Positions 10,428 to 20,039 are shown, counted from the stretch's first letter. The stretch: 52,471 bases of DNA from Eubacteriales bacterium (GCA_045124015.1 JBGVLA010000108.1:1-52471), one strand, 5' to 3'. Translations and numbers: made by a program. Notes: a model not told the origin generated them from the letters alone.

Positions 10428-11393
10428 ATGAATCAATATAAAATCATCACAGACTTTTGTTCCGATCTTACGCCCGAAATGGCTGAAAAGCTCGACGTAG
10501 AGATCATCCCCATGGAGGTCATCGTAGATGGTGAAGCACCCGTTTCCGGCTTCGATATCGACATTTCCGACTTTTATGCAAAGCTGCGCGCAAAAAAGAC
10601 CGCGCAGACCTCCTCTGCAAATCTCGATGCCTTCCTTACCGTATTTGAAAAATATCTTGCCGCAGGCGAGGATATCATCTATATCGGCATCGCCGCAGGA
10701 CTCAGCTGCACCTTTGCTGCCGCGAAGCTCGCAGCCAAGGAGCTTTCCGAAAAATATCCCGAACGCAAGATCTTCCTTGTCAACTCTCGTAGCGGCTCCA
10801 TCGGCGAAGGCCTCATCGTATATTTTGCCGCTCAGAAAAAAGCTGAGGGCGCGACTGCTCGAGAAAACTACATCTATCTCAAGGATATCGTCAAGCGCTT
10901 CCACTCTGAGTTTACGCTCAACGACCTTTTCTTCTTGAAGCGCGGCGGCAGACTCAGCACGGCGACCGCCGTTCTCGGTTCTGTTTTGGCACTCAAACCG
11001 CTCATCACACTCGGTGAAACTGAAAAGCTTGAAGTTTCCGGCAAAGCAAGAGGACGCAAAAACGCATTGCTCTCTCTCGTGAAATCTCTTGAGACCATGG
11101 TAGACGATCCCACGGACAGCATCATCGCCATCGGTCATAGCGATTGCCTTGAGGATGCGATCAACCTTGAAATGATGATTCGCGCAAAATGGGATGTCAA
11201 AGACATCATTCTCGCTGATATCGGCCCTGCCATGGGCGCACATTGCGGCCCCGACACGGTTGCCATCTTCTTCGTAAAATCCGAGAAAAAGGAAGAACCC
11301 ATCGCAGAAGAGGAAGAAGTCCTTCCCGAAGAAGAACAGATGACGATCGAGATCATCGAAGAACCCACCGAAGAAAACGCCACTGAAAATTAA
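10428..11393 (+). CDS. DegV-family fatty-acid-binding protein (FakB-like)
   Basis: IITDFCSDL, QTSS, LKRGGRLS, LKPLI, GAHCGP; extra acidic C-terminal tail. Confidence 0.92.
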   Translation: MNQYKIITDFCSDLTPEMAEKLDVEIIPMEVIVDGEAPVSGFDIDISDFYAKLRAKKTAQTSSANLDAFLTVFEKYLAAGEDIIYIGIAAGLSCTFAAAKLAAKELSEKYPERKIFLVNSRSGSIGEGLIVYFAAQKKAEGATARENYIYLKDIVKRFHSEFTLNDLFFLKRGGRLSTATAVLGSVLALKPLITLGETEKLEVSGKARGRKNALLSLVKSLETMVDDPTDSIIAIGHSDCLEDAINLEMMIRAKWDVKDIILADIGPAMGAHCGPDTVAIFFVKSEKKEEPIAEEEEVLPEEEQMTIEIIEEPTEENATEN

Positions 11394-11431
11394 GTATATC
11401 CACCGAATTTACGAAAGGATCACTCTTTGTT

Positions 11432-13072
11432 ATGACAGAAATTTCGAATCTTAGCGGAAAAGCTTTTCATGAAGCGCTGATCTCCGCGGCGAATAGCCTT
11501 GAAAACAACAAACAGAAAATCAACGATTTGAACGTTTTCCCCGTTCCGGACGGCGATACCGGTACCAACATGGGTCTCACGATCGGCGCAGTCCGCGACA
11601 TCAAGCCTACCGATGACACCGTTTCCGATTGTGCGGCAAAAGCCGCAAGCGCAGTTCTTCGCTCCGCAAGAGGCAACTCCGGTGCGATCCTCGCACTCTT
11701 CTTCCGTGGTTTTTCCAAAGCGGTCAAGGGCATGGAAACCGCCGATGCAGACGCCGTTGCTGCAGCCTTCACCCTCGGTAAGGAAGAGGCTTACAAAGCC
11801 GTTATGAACCCCGCAGAGGGCACGATCCTCACCGTTATCCGCAGATGTGCGGAGGATGCTGTCGCATTCAAGGATACTTACAAGACCGACCTTGTCGGAT
11901 TTTTCACCGCGATCCTCAATACCGCGGAAAAAACATTGGACCAGACTCCCGAAATGCTTCCCATCCTCAAGGAAGCACACGTTGTTGACGCAGGCGGCGC
12001 AGGCTTCGTTATGATCCTCCGCGGTATGCTTGCAGCTTTGCGCGGCACACCCGTAGCCTCTGCAACCAACGTAGAAACCACCACCACAAACAAAGCGGAA
12101 TTTTCCGATTTCAACACCGAAGATATCAAATTCAGCTATTGCACCGAATTCATCGTGGACAAGAGTGAGCACTATCTCGGCGAAGGTACTGCAAGCGCAT
12201 TGTACGAAAGAATCGTGGACCTCGGTGATAGCATCGTATTCGTCGATGCAGAAGACATCGTAAAGGTTCATATCCACACCAATCATCCCGGAACCGTCCT
12301 TGAGATCGCCGCAAACTACGGCGCGTTCGCAACCGTCAAGATCGAAAACATGAAGATCCAGCATTCTTCCCTTGCTGCGGAAGAACCCACCTCTGTTGAA
12401 AAGATCGCCTCCCCCGAAAAGCAATACGGTTTTGTTTCCGTTTGCATGGGTGATGGCATCCGCGATATGTTCCGCGATTTCAACGTAGACGAGATCGTAT
12501 TTGGCGGTCAGACCATGAACCCCAGTATGCAGGATATCTTGGATGCAGTCAACAAGACACCCGCCGAAATCGTTTTTGTTCTGCCGAACAACAAGAACAT
12601 CGATATGGTTGCAATGCAGGCAGCCGATGCTTCCACAGAAAAGAAAGTTATCGTTATCCATACAAAGAGCGTTCCCGAAGGCATTTCCGCACTTCTGAAC
12701 TTTGACGAAAACGTTTCCCCCGAAGAAAACACCGAGGCTATGTCTGAAGCTATCGCTGTTGTCAAATCCCTTTCTGTTACCCATGCGGTAAGAGATGCCT
12801 CCATCGACGGCGTTGCCGTTCGTTCGGGTCAGGCAATGGGTCTTGTCGGCGGAAAGATCCGTACCGTTGGTAAGGATGCCACCGAAGCGGTTGAAAAGAT
12901 GCTTCCTCTTATGAAGGATGCTTCCTATATCACCATCTTCTATGGCGAAGACGTTTCCGAAGTAGACGCAGAAAAAGTCGAAGCCATGGTTGCCGACACC
13001 GCAACAGATGCAGAAGTTGTTCTTGCGCGCGGCGGTCAGCCTCTCTACGATTACATCATTTCTGTTGAATAA
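11432..13072 (+). CDS. fakA: DAK2-domain fatty acid kinase catalytic subunit (FakA/YloV-like)
   Basis: INDLNVFPVPDGDTGTNM, ARGNSG, EGTILTV, VVDAGG, YCTEF, KVHIHT, GGQTMNPS, GGQPLYDYIISVE. Confidence 0.93.
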   Translation: MTEISNLSGKAFHEALISAANSLENNKQKINDLNVFPVPDGDTGTNMGLTIGAVRDIKPTDDTVSDCAAKAASAVLRSARGNSGAILALFFRGFSKAVKGMETADADAVAAAFTLGKEEAYKAVMNPAEGTILTVIRRCAEDAVAFKDTYKTDLVGFFTAILNTAEKTLDQTPEMLPILKEAHVVDAGGAGFVMILRGMLAALRGTPVASATNVETTTTNKAEFSDFNTEDIKFSYCTEFIVDKSEHYLGEGTASALYERIVDLGDSIVFVDAEDIVKVHIHTNHPGTVLEIAANYGAFATVKIENMKIQHSSLAAEEPTSVEKIASPEKQYGFVSVCMGDGIRDMFRDFNVDEIVFGGQTMNPSMQDILDAVNKTPAEIVFVLPNNKNIDMVAMQAADASTEKKVIVIHTKSVPEGISALLNFDENVSPEENTEAMSEAIAVVKSLSVTHAVRDASIDGVAVRSGQAMGLVGGKIRTVGKDATEAVEKMLPLMKDASYITIFYGEDVSEVDAEKVEAMVADTATDAEVVLARGGQPLYDYIISVE

Positions 13073-13097
13073 CGACTGATTTCTTCATTTTATAGAC

Positions 13098-13143
13098 AAA
13101 AGTAACGCACGGGTTCCCTCCTTTCCCCCGTGCGTACTTTTTT
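13098..13143 (+). terminator. Terminator after fakA
   Basis: AAAAGTA-ACGCACGGG...CCCGTGCGT-ACTTTTTT. Confidence 0.7.
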
Positions 13144-13145
13144 GT

Positions 13146-13254
13146 GCGTACTTTTCTTTTCGAAGAAAGAAAAGTAGCCAAAAGAAAGAGCTCGCGCACT
13201 TTTTTGCCGCCAAAAAAGTGCCAAAAAACCGCAAGCGTAACACGCTTGACCGAA
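13146..13254 (+). repeat. ~105-bp multi-hairpin intergenic repeat, copy 1
   Basis: Homologous to the reverse complement of 17622-17724; hairpins TACTTTTCTTT/AAAGAAAAGTA, GCACTTTTT/AAAAAGTGC, CAAGCG/CGCTTG. Confidence 0.85.
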
Positions 13255-13307
13255 TTTATTTACGACACAAACCAAAACAGGAACTTTCGTTCCTGTTTTT
13301 TGTTTTA

Positions 13308-14615
13308 TCAATGCTTCCAAGCATAAGGGTCATGGCCCTCATAGCTCGGCTGATTTACGCCATACAAAGGCTCTTCCCTGTTGGTTTCTTCCACCGCCGT
13401 TTCGGGAACGGTTTCCACAGGTACGTAAGGCTTCGATTCGGTCGTTTTGTGAGGATCATAGGATGGGGTCATAAGACCGTACGGCGGTTGTTCTTCCGCC
13501 GTTTCCAAAACACCTTGATATCCTCCGCTTGTTTCGGGCATATCCAAGTTGCCAGAAAATGCAGACTTTTCAATCACTTCGCGTTTTTCGGTATAAATTT
13601 CCACGCCAGCATATTTATTTTTTTCCACGTCAGCAATGATTTCTTGTGCGGAATCCTTTCCAATATCAAAAATACGAAGCGTACCATCCAGATTGGTTAT
13701 GAGATAACCGTCTGCAAACACCTGCAAACCACCGCTACGTACAAACTGTGAGCCGTGGATAACCTTGATACCAATGCTTTTCGCCATATCGCAAGCATCT
13801 GTAAATTCCTCTTTGGTACAAGCCTTGCCATCAAGTGCCAAGATCATGGCTTTCAAGGGAGCAATGCTATTCATTTCGCTCAAGGATTCGGAGCGGTCCG
13901 CCATGGTATACGTAACCAAGACTTCTCCCATATAGATCTCGGTATCGAGCGAATATGCCGTTTTGAAATCTGCAAATGTATCAAATGTAACGTCAGGATT
14001 TCGGAAAACACGATAATCATACTGCGGATATTTGACCGCGACCGCGCATTTCGTATCTACACCGACAATGGCAAAAAGCTCTGCTTCCTGCGTTCTGCCG
14101 TCCTTACCGCACATCGTCAATGCGCCAAGGCTTTCACCGACGTAATTCGGCGCGACCGCTTTTTTCGTCAGCTCATAAGACGAAAACTCACCCATGATAT
14201 ACGGATATAATACATCGGGTGTATGTTTTCCATCGCTTCCCTCTGCTGTCGTCGTAGCCCCTGTGGTCAAATTGTGTTCAGGATTATATGGAATCTCCTC
14301 GTTATCAGTCGCACCCTCTGCGGTGAGCGTAAACACACCCTTTTCGGAATCCCAAACGCAATCCGCATATAAATACACGAAATTCTCCGTTTCATTCATC
14401 ATTTCATTTTTCGTTTTATCCGAGATTTCGGGTCGATTCCCATTTCCCCAAAACGGAAACGTACCGATCGCCGCCACAAGCGCAAGACTCGCCGCGATAC
14501 CGCCCACACGCTTCCAAATATTTTTTTGAGGCAAAAAACTTGCATTTTCTGCTTCCTCAATGTATGTTTCATCGATATCATTCATCATTTCCAGTAATTT
14601 CTGATTCTTTTTCAA
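13308..14615 (-). CDS. Putative membrane-anchored anti-sigma factor
   Basis: LLEMMNDIDETYIEEA N-terminus plus a single TM (WKRVGGIAASLALV), typical of clostridial ECF partners; overlaps the ECF sigma gene. Confidence 0.7.
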   Translation of the reverse strand: MKKNQKLLEMMNDIDETYIEEAENASFLPQKNIWKRVGGIAASLALVAAIGTFPFWGNGNRPEISDKTKNEMMNETENFVYLYADCVWDSEKGVFTLTAEGATDNEEIPYNPEHNLTTGATTTAEGSDGKHTPDVLYPYIMGEFSSYELTKKAVAPNYVGESLGALTMCGKDGRTQEAELFAIVGVDTKCAVAVKYPQYDYRVFRNPDVTFDTFADFKTAYSLDTEIYMGEVLVTYTMADRSESLSEMNSIAPLKAMILALDGKACTKEEFTDACDMAKSIGIKVIHGSQFVRSGGLQVFADGYLITNLDGTLRIFDIGKDSAQEIIADVEKNKYAGVEIYTEKREVIEKSAFSGNLDMPETSGGYQGVLETAEEQPPYGLMTPSYDPHKTTESKPYVPVETVPETAVEETNREEPLYGVNQPSYEGHDPYAWKH

Positions 14616-15174
14616 CGTAGTTCCCTCCTAAACCTTGTTTTCTGAGATAGATCGCCAATTTTTTTCTGGTACGAAAAAGCGAAGAACGCACTGCGCCTTC
14701 CTGCATATGAACTCTTTTTGCAATTTCCGCCATCGATTCACAATGGAAATATCTTCGTACGAAAATGACACGGGAGCGTTCTTTCTCTTTGCTCAAAAAG
14801 GAATTCAAAGCGCTCATAATAGCACCGCCGTCAGCTTCGACATCCATCGTTTCATCCGGCAAAATTTCAGCAAGTTCATCGAGAACCATGTCTACGCTTC
14901 CATTTCGGCAAGATGCTGTATTATAATCAAATCGAGTAAGGGCAATATTTCTTGCAATTTTTCCGATAAAAGCACGAAAAGAGCTCGGTTTCTCAGGTGG
15001 AATTCGATTCCACACGGCAAAATAGGTGTCATTGACACATTCCTTGGCATCTTCATCATTGCCGAGAATGTTTTTCGCAATGGTATGACATAAAGCGCCA
15101 TATTTTTCCGCCGTTTTTCCGATTGCATCTTCCGCGCGTTCAAAATACAATCGGATAATGTCTTTGTCGTCCAT
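14578..15174 (-). CDS. ECF sigma-70 family RNA polymerase sigma factor
   Basis: MDDKDIIRLYFERAEDAI, DAKECVNDTY, IPPEKP, region 4 SMAEIAKRVHMQEGAVRSSLFRTRKKL; start after the GAAAGGA RBS. Confidence 0.92.
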   Translation of the reverse strand: MDDKDIIRLYFERAEDAIGKTAEKYGALCHTIAKNILGNDEDAKECVNDTYFAVWNRIPPEKPSSFRAFIGKIARNIALTRFDYNTASCRNGSVDMVLDELAEILPDETMDVEADGGAIMSALNSFLSKEKERSRVIFVRRYFHCESMAEIAKRVHMQEGAVRSSLFRTRKKLAIYLRKQGLGGNYVEKESEITGNDE

Positions 15175-15286
15175 GATGTAGTCCTTTCTTTCGGATTTCA
15201 AGATATCTTTCACCCTTATAGTAGGTTTTTGAGAGAAATCGTTGCGTTTTTTATCATATTTTTCTCAACTTTTTTCTTACAATAAG

Positions 15287-15325
15287 AAAAAAGCCGAAGA
15301 ATCCGTAGATTCTTCGGCTAAAAAA
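15287..15325 (-). terminator. Terminator after tpiA
   Basis: AGCCGAAGAATC-cgta-GATTCTTCGGCT with a U-tract on the minus strand. Confidence 0.8.
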
Positions 15326-15338
15326 CACAACTCTAAAA

Positions 15339-16106
15339 TTACTGTGCAGCTTTTACGATAACGGTGAAGTCATCGGATTTGAGAGAAGCACCGCCGATAA
15401 GACCGCCGTCGATGTTTTCCATGGAAAGGAGTTCAGCAGCGTTCTTAGCGTTCATAGAACCACCGTACTGAATGGTGATCGCTTCAGCAGCATCAGCGCC
15501 GTAAAGATCAGCGATAACGCCACGGATCTGAGCGCAAACTTCTTCAGCCTGAGCGGAAGTAGCAGTTTTACCTGTACCGATAGCCCAAACGGGTTCGTAA
15601 GCGATGATAACGTTCTTGAGTTCTTCAGCAGAAACGCCGAGAAGAGCAACCTTGGTCTGTCTTGCAACAGTTTCATAAGTGATGCCCTGTTCACGTTCGG
15701 TGAGGGTTTCACCAACGCAAAGGATTACGTTAAGACCGTTAGCAAGACCTGCTTTGGTTCTGCCGTTAACGGTAACGTCAGTTTCACCGAAGTACTGACG
15801 GCGTTCGCTATGACCAACGATAACGTATTTAACGCCACATTCCTTGAGCATTTCGCCGGAGATTTCGCCGGTGTAAGCGCCCTTAGCTTCCATATGGATA
15901 TTTTCAGCGCCGATTTCGATGTTTGTACCCTTTGTAGCTTCAACAGCAGCAGCGATGTCTACGAAAGGAACGCAAAGAACAACCTTGCAACCGTCAAGAC
16001 CTGCAACCTTAGGAGCGAGCTCGTTCATGAAAGCAGTGGTCTGAGAGGGGGTCATATTCATTTTCCAGTTACCCGCGATAACAGCGGATCTTTTAGCCTT
16101 GTTCAT
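15339..16106 (-). CDS. tpiA: Triosephosphate isomerase
   Basis: AGNWKMN, GHSERR, AYEPVWAIGTG, YGGS, LIGGASL. Confidence 0.98.
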   Translation of the reverse strand: MNKAKRSAVIAGNWKMNMTPSQTTAFMNELAPKVAGLDGCKVVLCVPFVDIAAAVEATKGTNIEIGAENIHMEAKGAYTGEISGEMLKECGVKYVIVGHSERRQYFGETDVTVNGRTKAGLANGLNVILCVGETLTEREQGITYETVARQTKVALLGVSAEELKNVIIAYEPVWAIGTGKTATSAQAEEVCAQIRGVIADLYGADAAEAITIQYGGSMNAKNAAELLSMENIDGGLIGGASLKSDDFTVIVKAAQ

Positions 16107-16137
16107 TGTACTGATACCTCGTTTTCTATTATTTTAA

Positions 16138-16165
16138 GTAAGGGCGACCCTATGTGGTCGCCCGT
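16138..16165 (+). repeat. GTAG-type REP-like palindrome
   Basis: GTAA-GGGCGACC-ctatgt-GGTCGCCC: GTA(G/A) foot plus a GC-rich hairpin with no U-tract, between pgk and tpiA. Confidence 0.55.
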
Positions 16166-16179
16166 ATAGAGTCTATCGC

Positions 16180-17487
16180 TTATTTGTCAAGAAGACAAGC
16201 AATTCCGGGGAGTTCCTTACCTTCAAGGAATTCGAGGGAAGCGCCGCCACCTGTGGAGATGTGGGTGATGCGGTCAGCAAAGCCGAGCTGTTCGCAAGCA
16301 GCAGCGGAGTCGCCGCCACCAACGATGGTGATCGCTTCGGATTCAGCAAGAGCTTCTGCAACAGCGATCGTACCCTTTGCGAGAGTGGGGTTTTCAAATA
16401 CGCCCATAGGACCGTTCCAAACAACAGTCTTTGCGCTCTTTACAGCGTCAGCAAAGAGAGCTCTGGTGTTTTCACCGATATCAAGACCCATCTTGTCAGC
16501 GGGGATTGCATTGGAGGGAACAGTTTCAACAGCGATTTCAGCGTCGATAGGATTCGGGAAATCAGCAGCGATAACGGTATCGATGGGAAGAAGGAGCTTT
16601 ACGCCTGCTTCTTCAGCCTTTGCCATCATTTCCTTGCAGTAGTCAACCTTTTCTGCATCGAAAAGGGATGTACCGATGGAATAGCCCTTAGCAGCGAGGA
16701 ATGTGTAAGCCATACCACCGCCGATGATGAGGGTGTCAACCTTGGTAAGGAGGTTGTTGATAACGTTGAGCTTATCGGAAACCTTAGCACCGCCGAGGAT
16801 TGCAACGAAGGGTCTTGCAGGATTTTCAAGAGCCTTACCCATAACGCCGATTTCTTTCTGAATGAGGTAACCGCAAACAGCGGGGAGGTAATCAGCAACA
16901 CCTGCTGTGGTAGCATGTGCTCTGTGAGCAGTACCGAATGCGTCGTTTACATAAACTTCTGCGAGAGATGCGAGTTCTTTTGCAAATTCAGCATCGTTCT
17001 TTTCTTCTCTTGCGTCGAAACGAACGTTTTCGATGAGAACTGCTTCGCCTGCGTTCATAGCAGCGATTTTTGCTTTTGCATCTTCGCCGATGATATCGGT
17101 AGCGAAAGCAACTTTGCCATCGAGGTATTCATTGAGACGGTCAGCAACGGGCTTAAGACTGAGTTTTGTTCTGTCTTTGCCTGCTTTAGCGAGAAGCTCA
17201 GCCTTTGCAGCTGCCTGTTCTTCAACAGGGAGAGCTTCTACTTTTTTCTTTTCTTTCTTTGTAAGACCAAAGCCTTCTGTGAGAACGTTGTGAGGCTTAC
17301 CCATGTGAGAGCAAAGAATAACCTTGCAGCCCTTACCAAGAAGATACTTGATTGCGGGGAGAGCTTCTACGATTCTCTTATCACTTGTGATCACACCGTC
17401 TTTGAGCGGTACGTTAAAGTCGCATCTAACGAGGACTTTTTTGCCGGCAAGATCGATGTCTTCGATTGTTTTCTTGTTATAGTTCAT
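16180..17487 (-). CDS. pgk: Phosphoglycerate kinase (with a ~35-aa insertion)
   Basis: [60 protein letters not shown]. Confidence 0.98.
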   Translation of the reverse strand: MNYNKKTIEDIDLAGKKVLVRCDFNVPLKDGVITSDKRIVEALPAIKYLLGKGCKVILCSHMGKPHNVLTEGFGLTKKEKKKVEALPVEEQAAAKAELLAKAGKDRTKLSLKPVADRLNEYLDGKVAFATDIIGEDAKAKIAAMNAGEAVLIENVRFDAREEKNDAEFAKELASLAEVYVNDAFGTAHRAHATTAGVADYLPAVCGYLIQKEIGVMGKALENPARPFVAILGGAKVSDKLNVINNLLTKVDTLIIGGGMAYTFLAAKGYSIGTSLFDAEKVDYCKEMMAKAEEAGVKLLLPIDTVIAADFPNPIDAEIAVETVPSNAIPADKMGLDIGENTRALFADAVKSAKTVVWNGPMGVFENPTLAKGTIAVAEALAESEAITIVGGGDSAAACEQLGFADRITHISTGGGASLEFLEGKELPGIACLLDK

Positions 17488-17621
17488 CGGTTTATACCAT
17501 CCTTCTATAATATTTTACATTTTCAGTATACCACCAAATACATGGTTTTGCAATATTTTTCTTGTAATTTATGTGGTTTTTATCGTGTTTTTTCGTTTCT
17601 ATTGCTGTTGTATTCCCATAT

Positions 17622-17724
17622 TTCGGTCAAGCGCGTTGCGCTTGCGGTTTTTGCGCACTTTTTGCCGTCAAAAAGTGCCCTGTTTTTCTTTTGGCTACTT
17701 TTCTTTTTGCAAAGAAAAGTACGC
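17622..17724 (-). repeat. ~105-bp multi-hairpin intergenic repeat, copy 2
   Basis: Reverse-complement homolog of 13146-13254; begins 5 nt after the U32 gene stop. Confidence 0.85.
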
Positions 17725-17729
17725 CCAGC

Positions 17730-18956
17730 TCAGTTTGCGCCGCGCATGATATCCCCTGCGTGAACCTCAAAGGGAACAGGAACAGTGAACACCATGAACG
17801 GATGCGGAGCGGATTCTACCGCCTCACCTGCTTCGTTTACCATGGAAGCAATGGTAAAGCCCTTACCAAATTCGCCGGGCGTAATGATCTCCACTGCATC
17901 ACCGACCTTCGCTTTGTTGCGCTGAATGAAGGTCGCCGTACCGCTTTCCGCATCGTAAGAGGTGCAGACCGCGAGATACGATTTTTCGCGCAGATAACCG
18001 GGCTGTGTGCAGGTCTGTGCATTCTGCATCGGGTCATCGAAATAATAGCCTGTGCAGTATTCTCTGTGGCTGACGGAGTCAAGCTCGCGGAGCCATCTTT
18101 CATCAAGCTTGTAGTCGGCGCCATTCTTTATGTAGCCGTCGATCGCCGCGCGATAGGCGTTGGTAACGACAGCCGTATAATAAGCGCTCTTCATTCTGCC
18201 CTCGATCTTAAAGGAAGCGATACCGCTTTCCATGAGCTCAGGAACATGCTCCAGCATACACATATCCTTGGAGCTCATGATATATGTTCCCTCCTTGTAT
18301 TCCTCGATCGGGAACGGCATATCGGGACGTTTTTCTTCACGAATGGTATAATTCCAACGGCAAGGCTGAGCGCAAGCGCCTCGGTTGGCATCTCTGCCCA
18401 CAAGCGCATTGGAAAGCAAGCATCTGCCCGAGAACGAAACGCACATCGAGCCGTGAATAAACGCTTCGATCTCGAGTTCCGCGGGGATATTTCTGCGAAT
18501 CTCCTTGATTTCCGCCATGGAAAGCTCACGCGCAAGCACGACGCGGGTCGCACCGAATTTATGCCATGCGATGGCGTCTGCGGAGCTGACGATACCCGAC
18601 TGGGTGGAGATATGAAGCTCTGTTTTCGGAAGAAGCTCTTTGACGAGCGTCATCACGCCTATATCCGCAACGATCGCCGCATCGGGCGCACCGTTCGGGA
18701 GATCTGCCAGCGCCTTCAAAAATTCCTTCAGCGCAGGATATTCATATTCACGGGGCATGGTATTGAGCGTGATATAGATCTTTTTACCACGCGCATGGGC
18801 ATAGCCGATCGCCTCGTTCATTTCTTCCAAAGTAAAATTATCAGCGGCGGCACGCATACCGAAGTTCGTACCTGCCAAATAGACAGCGTCCGCACCGTAA
18901 AGGAACGCCATTTTCATTTTTTCAAAATTGCCCGCAGGCGATAAAAGCTCTGCCAT
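17730..18956 (-). CDS. U32-family peptidase (TrhP-like tRNA hydroxylation protein)
   Basis: ELLSPAG, YGADAVY, HISTQ, RVVLAREL, HGSMCVSFSGRCLLS, NRGACAQPCRW, FKIEGRMKS; follows mltG as is common in Bacillota. Confidence 0.92.
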   Translation of the reverse strand: MAELLSPAGNFEKMKMAFLYGADAVYLAGTNFGMRAAADNFTLEEMNEAIGYAHARGKKIYITLNTMPREYEYPALKEFLKALADLPNGAPDAAIVADIGVMTLVKELLPKTELHISTQSGIVSSADAIAWHKFGATRVVLARELSMAEIKEIRRNIPAELEIEAFIHGSMCVSFSGRCLLSNALVGRDANRGACAQPCRWNYTIREEKRPDMPFPIEEYKEGTYIMSSKDMCMLEHVPELMESGIASFKIEGRMKSAYYTAVVTNAYRAAIDGYIKNGADYKLDERWLRELDSVSHREYCTGYYFDDPMQNAQTCTQPGYLREKSYLAVCTSYDAESGTATFIQRNKAKVGDAVEIITPGEFGKGFTIASMVNEAGEAVESAPHPFMVFTVPVPFEVHAGDIMRGAN

Positions 18957-18986
18957 AAATCATTTTCCTTTCAAAATTGCAATTAT

Positions 18987-20039
18987 CTATGAGCGCAGAC
19001 TTGCAACTGCGCGTAAATGTTCCGCATAGGTGCGCGAAAAGATCGTGCTTTTGTCGCTTGCGGAAACGAAATAATAATAATCGGTATCGGCGGGATAGAT
19101 CGCCGCCATGATGGCTTCCTGCCCCGGAGAACAGATCGCACCGGGCGGAAGTCCCTTATTTTTATAGGTGTTATAAGGGCTTTCGATGGTATCAAGGTCA
19201 TCTGCCGTCAGCGTTTCCTTGTTCCCTGCCGTTTCCTTGGCGTATTTCACCGTCGCATCGCTTTGCAAATAGGGGAAGCCGCGGTTTTCCAGACGATTGT
19301 GGAAAACCGATGAAATACTCGTCATATCCGAGCGATAATAGGCTTCGCTTTCGATGACGGACGCCAAACACAAAATTTCATCGACGGTATACCCTCGCCT
19401 TTTCGCCTCAGCACGCAAATTTTCATCAAATTTCCGATTAAAATTGGAGAGAAGCTTTGCGAGGATCTCCGTTTCGCTCGAATCGGAATACACGAAATAG
19501 GTATCGGGGAAAAGATAGCCGTCAAGACGATAGGTTCGTCCCTCATTTTCGGGGATATTTTCGAGAAAATCATACCCGAAATCACCGTTTTCGATCGCCT
19601 CAATAAAGCCATCTCTCGTGCCAATTCCCTCGGAAACGAACAGATCGATGATCTCATCTGTCGTAAAGCCCTCGGGAATCGTGATCTTTTGTTGCAAACG
19701 CACACCTTTTTTGGGAGAAAGCATATATCGAAGCTCATCATAGCCCATTGCATGATTCAGCGTAAATTCTCCCGTTAAATATTCATCGTTCCAGTTGCGG
19801 AAATTGCCGTAGAGCCGATATAAAAACGGGAAACGAACAAGACCGTTTCTTGCCAGAATCGATGAGACCTCTTTCCCATCGGCATTTTCGGGGATCACGA
19901 CTGTAATTTCGTCTTTTTCTCCGCCGACAAGAGCAAAAACATCGTCCGCCATGCATATGATCGTCGCGGAAATCACGATGGAAACGAGAAAGGATATCCA
20001 AACCACCCTGAGTATCGGATGGGATTTTTTCTTTTTCAT
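18987..20039 (-). CDS. mltG: Endolytic transglycosylase MltG
   Basis: N-terminal TM, ITIPEG, LDGYLFPDTY, LASVIESEA, LQSDATV, SPYNTYKNKGLPPGAICSPG. Confidence 0.94.
   Translation of the reverse strand: MKKKKSHPILRVVWISFLVSIVISATIICMADDVFALVGGEKDEITVVIPENADGKEVSSILARNGLVRFPFLYRLYGNFRNWNDEYLTGEFTLNHAMGYDELRYMLSPKKGVRLQQKITIPEGFTTDEIIDLFVSEGIGTRDGFIEAIENGDFGYDFLENIPENEGRTYRLDGYLFPDTYFVYSDSSETEILAKLLSNFNRKFDENLRAEAKRRGYTVDEILCLASVIESEAYYRSDMTSISSVFHNRLENRGFPYLQSDATVKYAKETAGNKETLTADDLDTIESPYNTYKNKGLPPGAICSPGQEAIMAAIYPADTDYYYFVSASDKSTIFSRTYAEHLRAVASLRS

Noticed and set aside
13146-17724. Inverted repeats defining an invertible or composite-transposon segment
   Set aside because: The copies are diverged, the interval contains core pgk-tpiA and no recombinase, and the orientation simply follows the adjacent genes.
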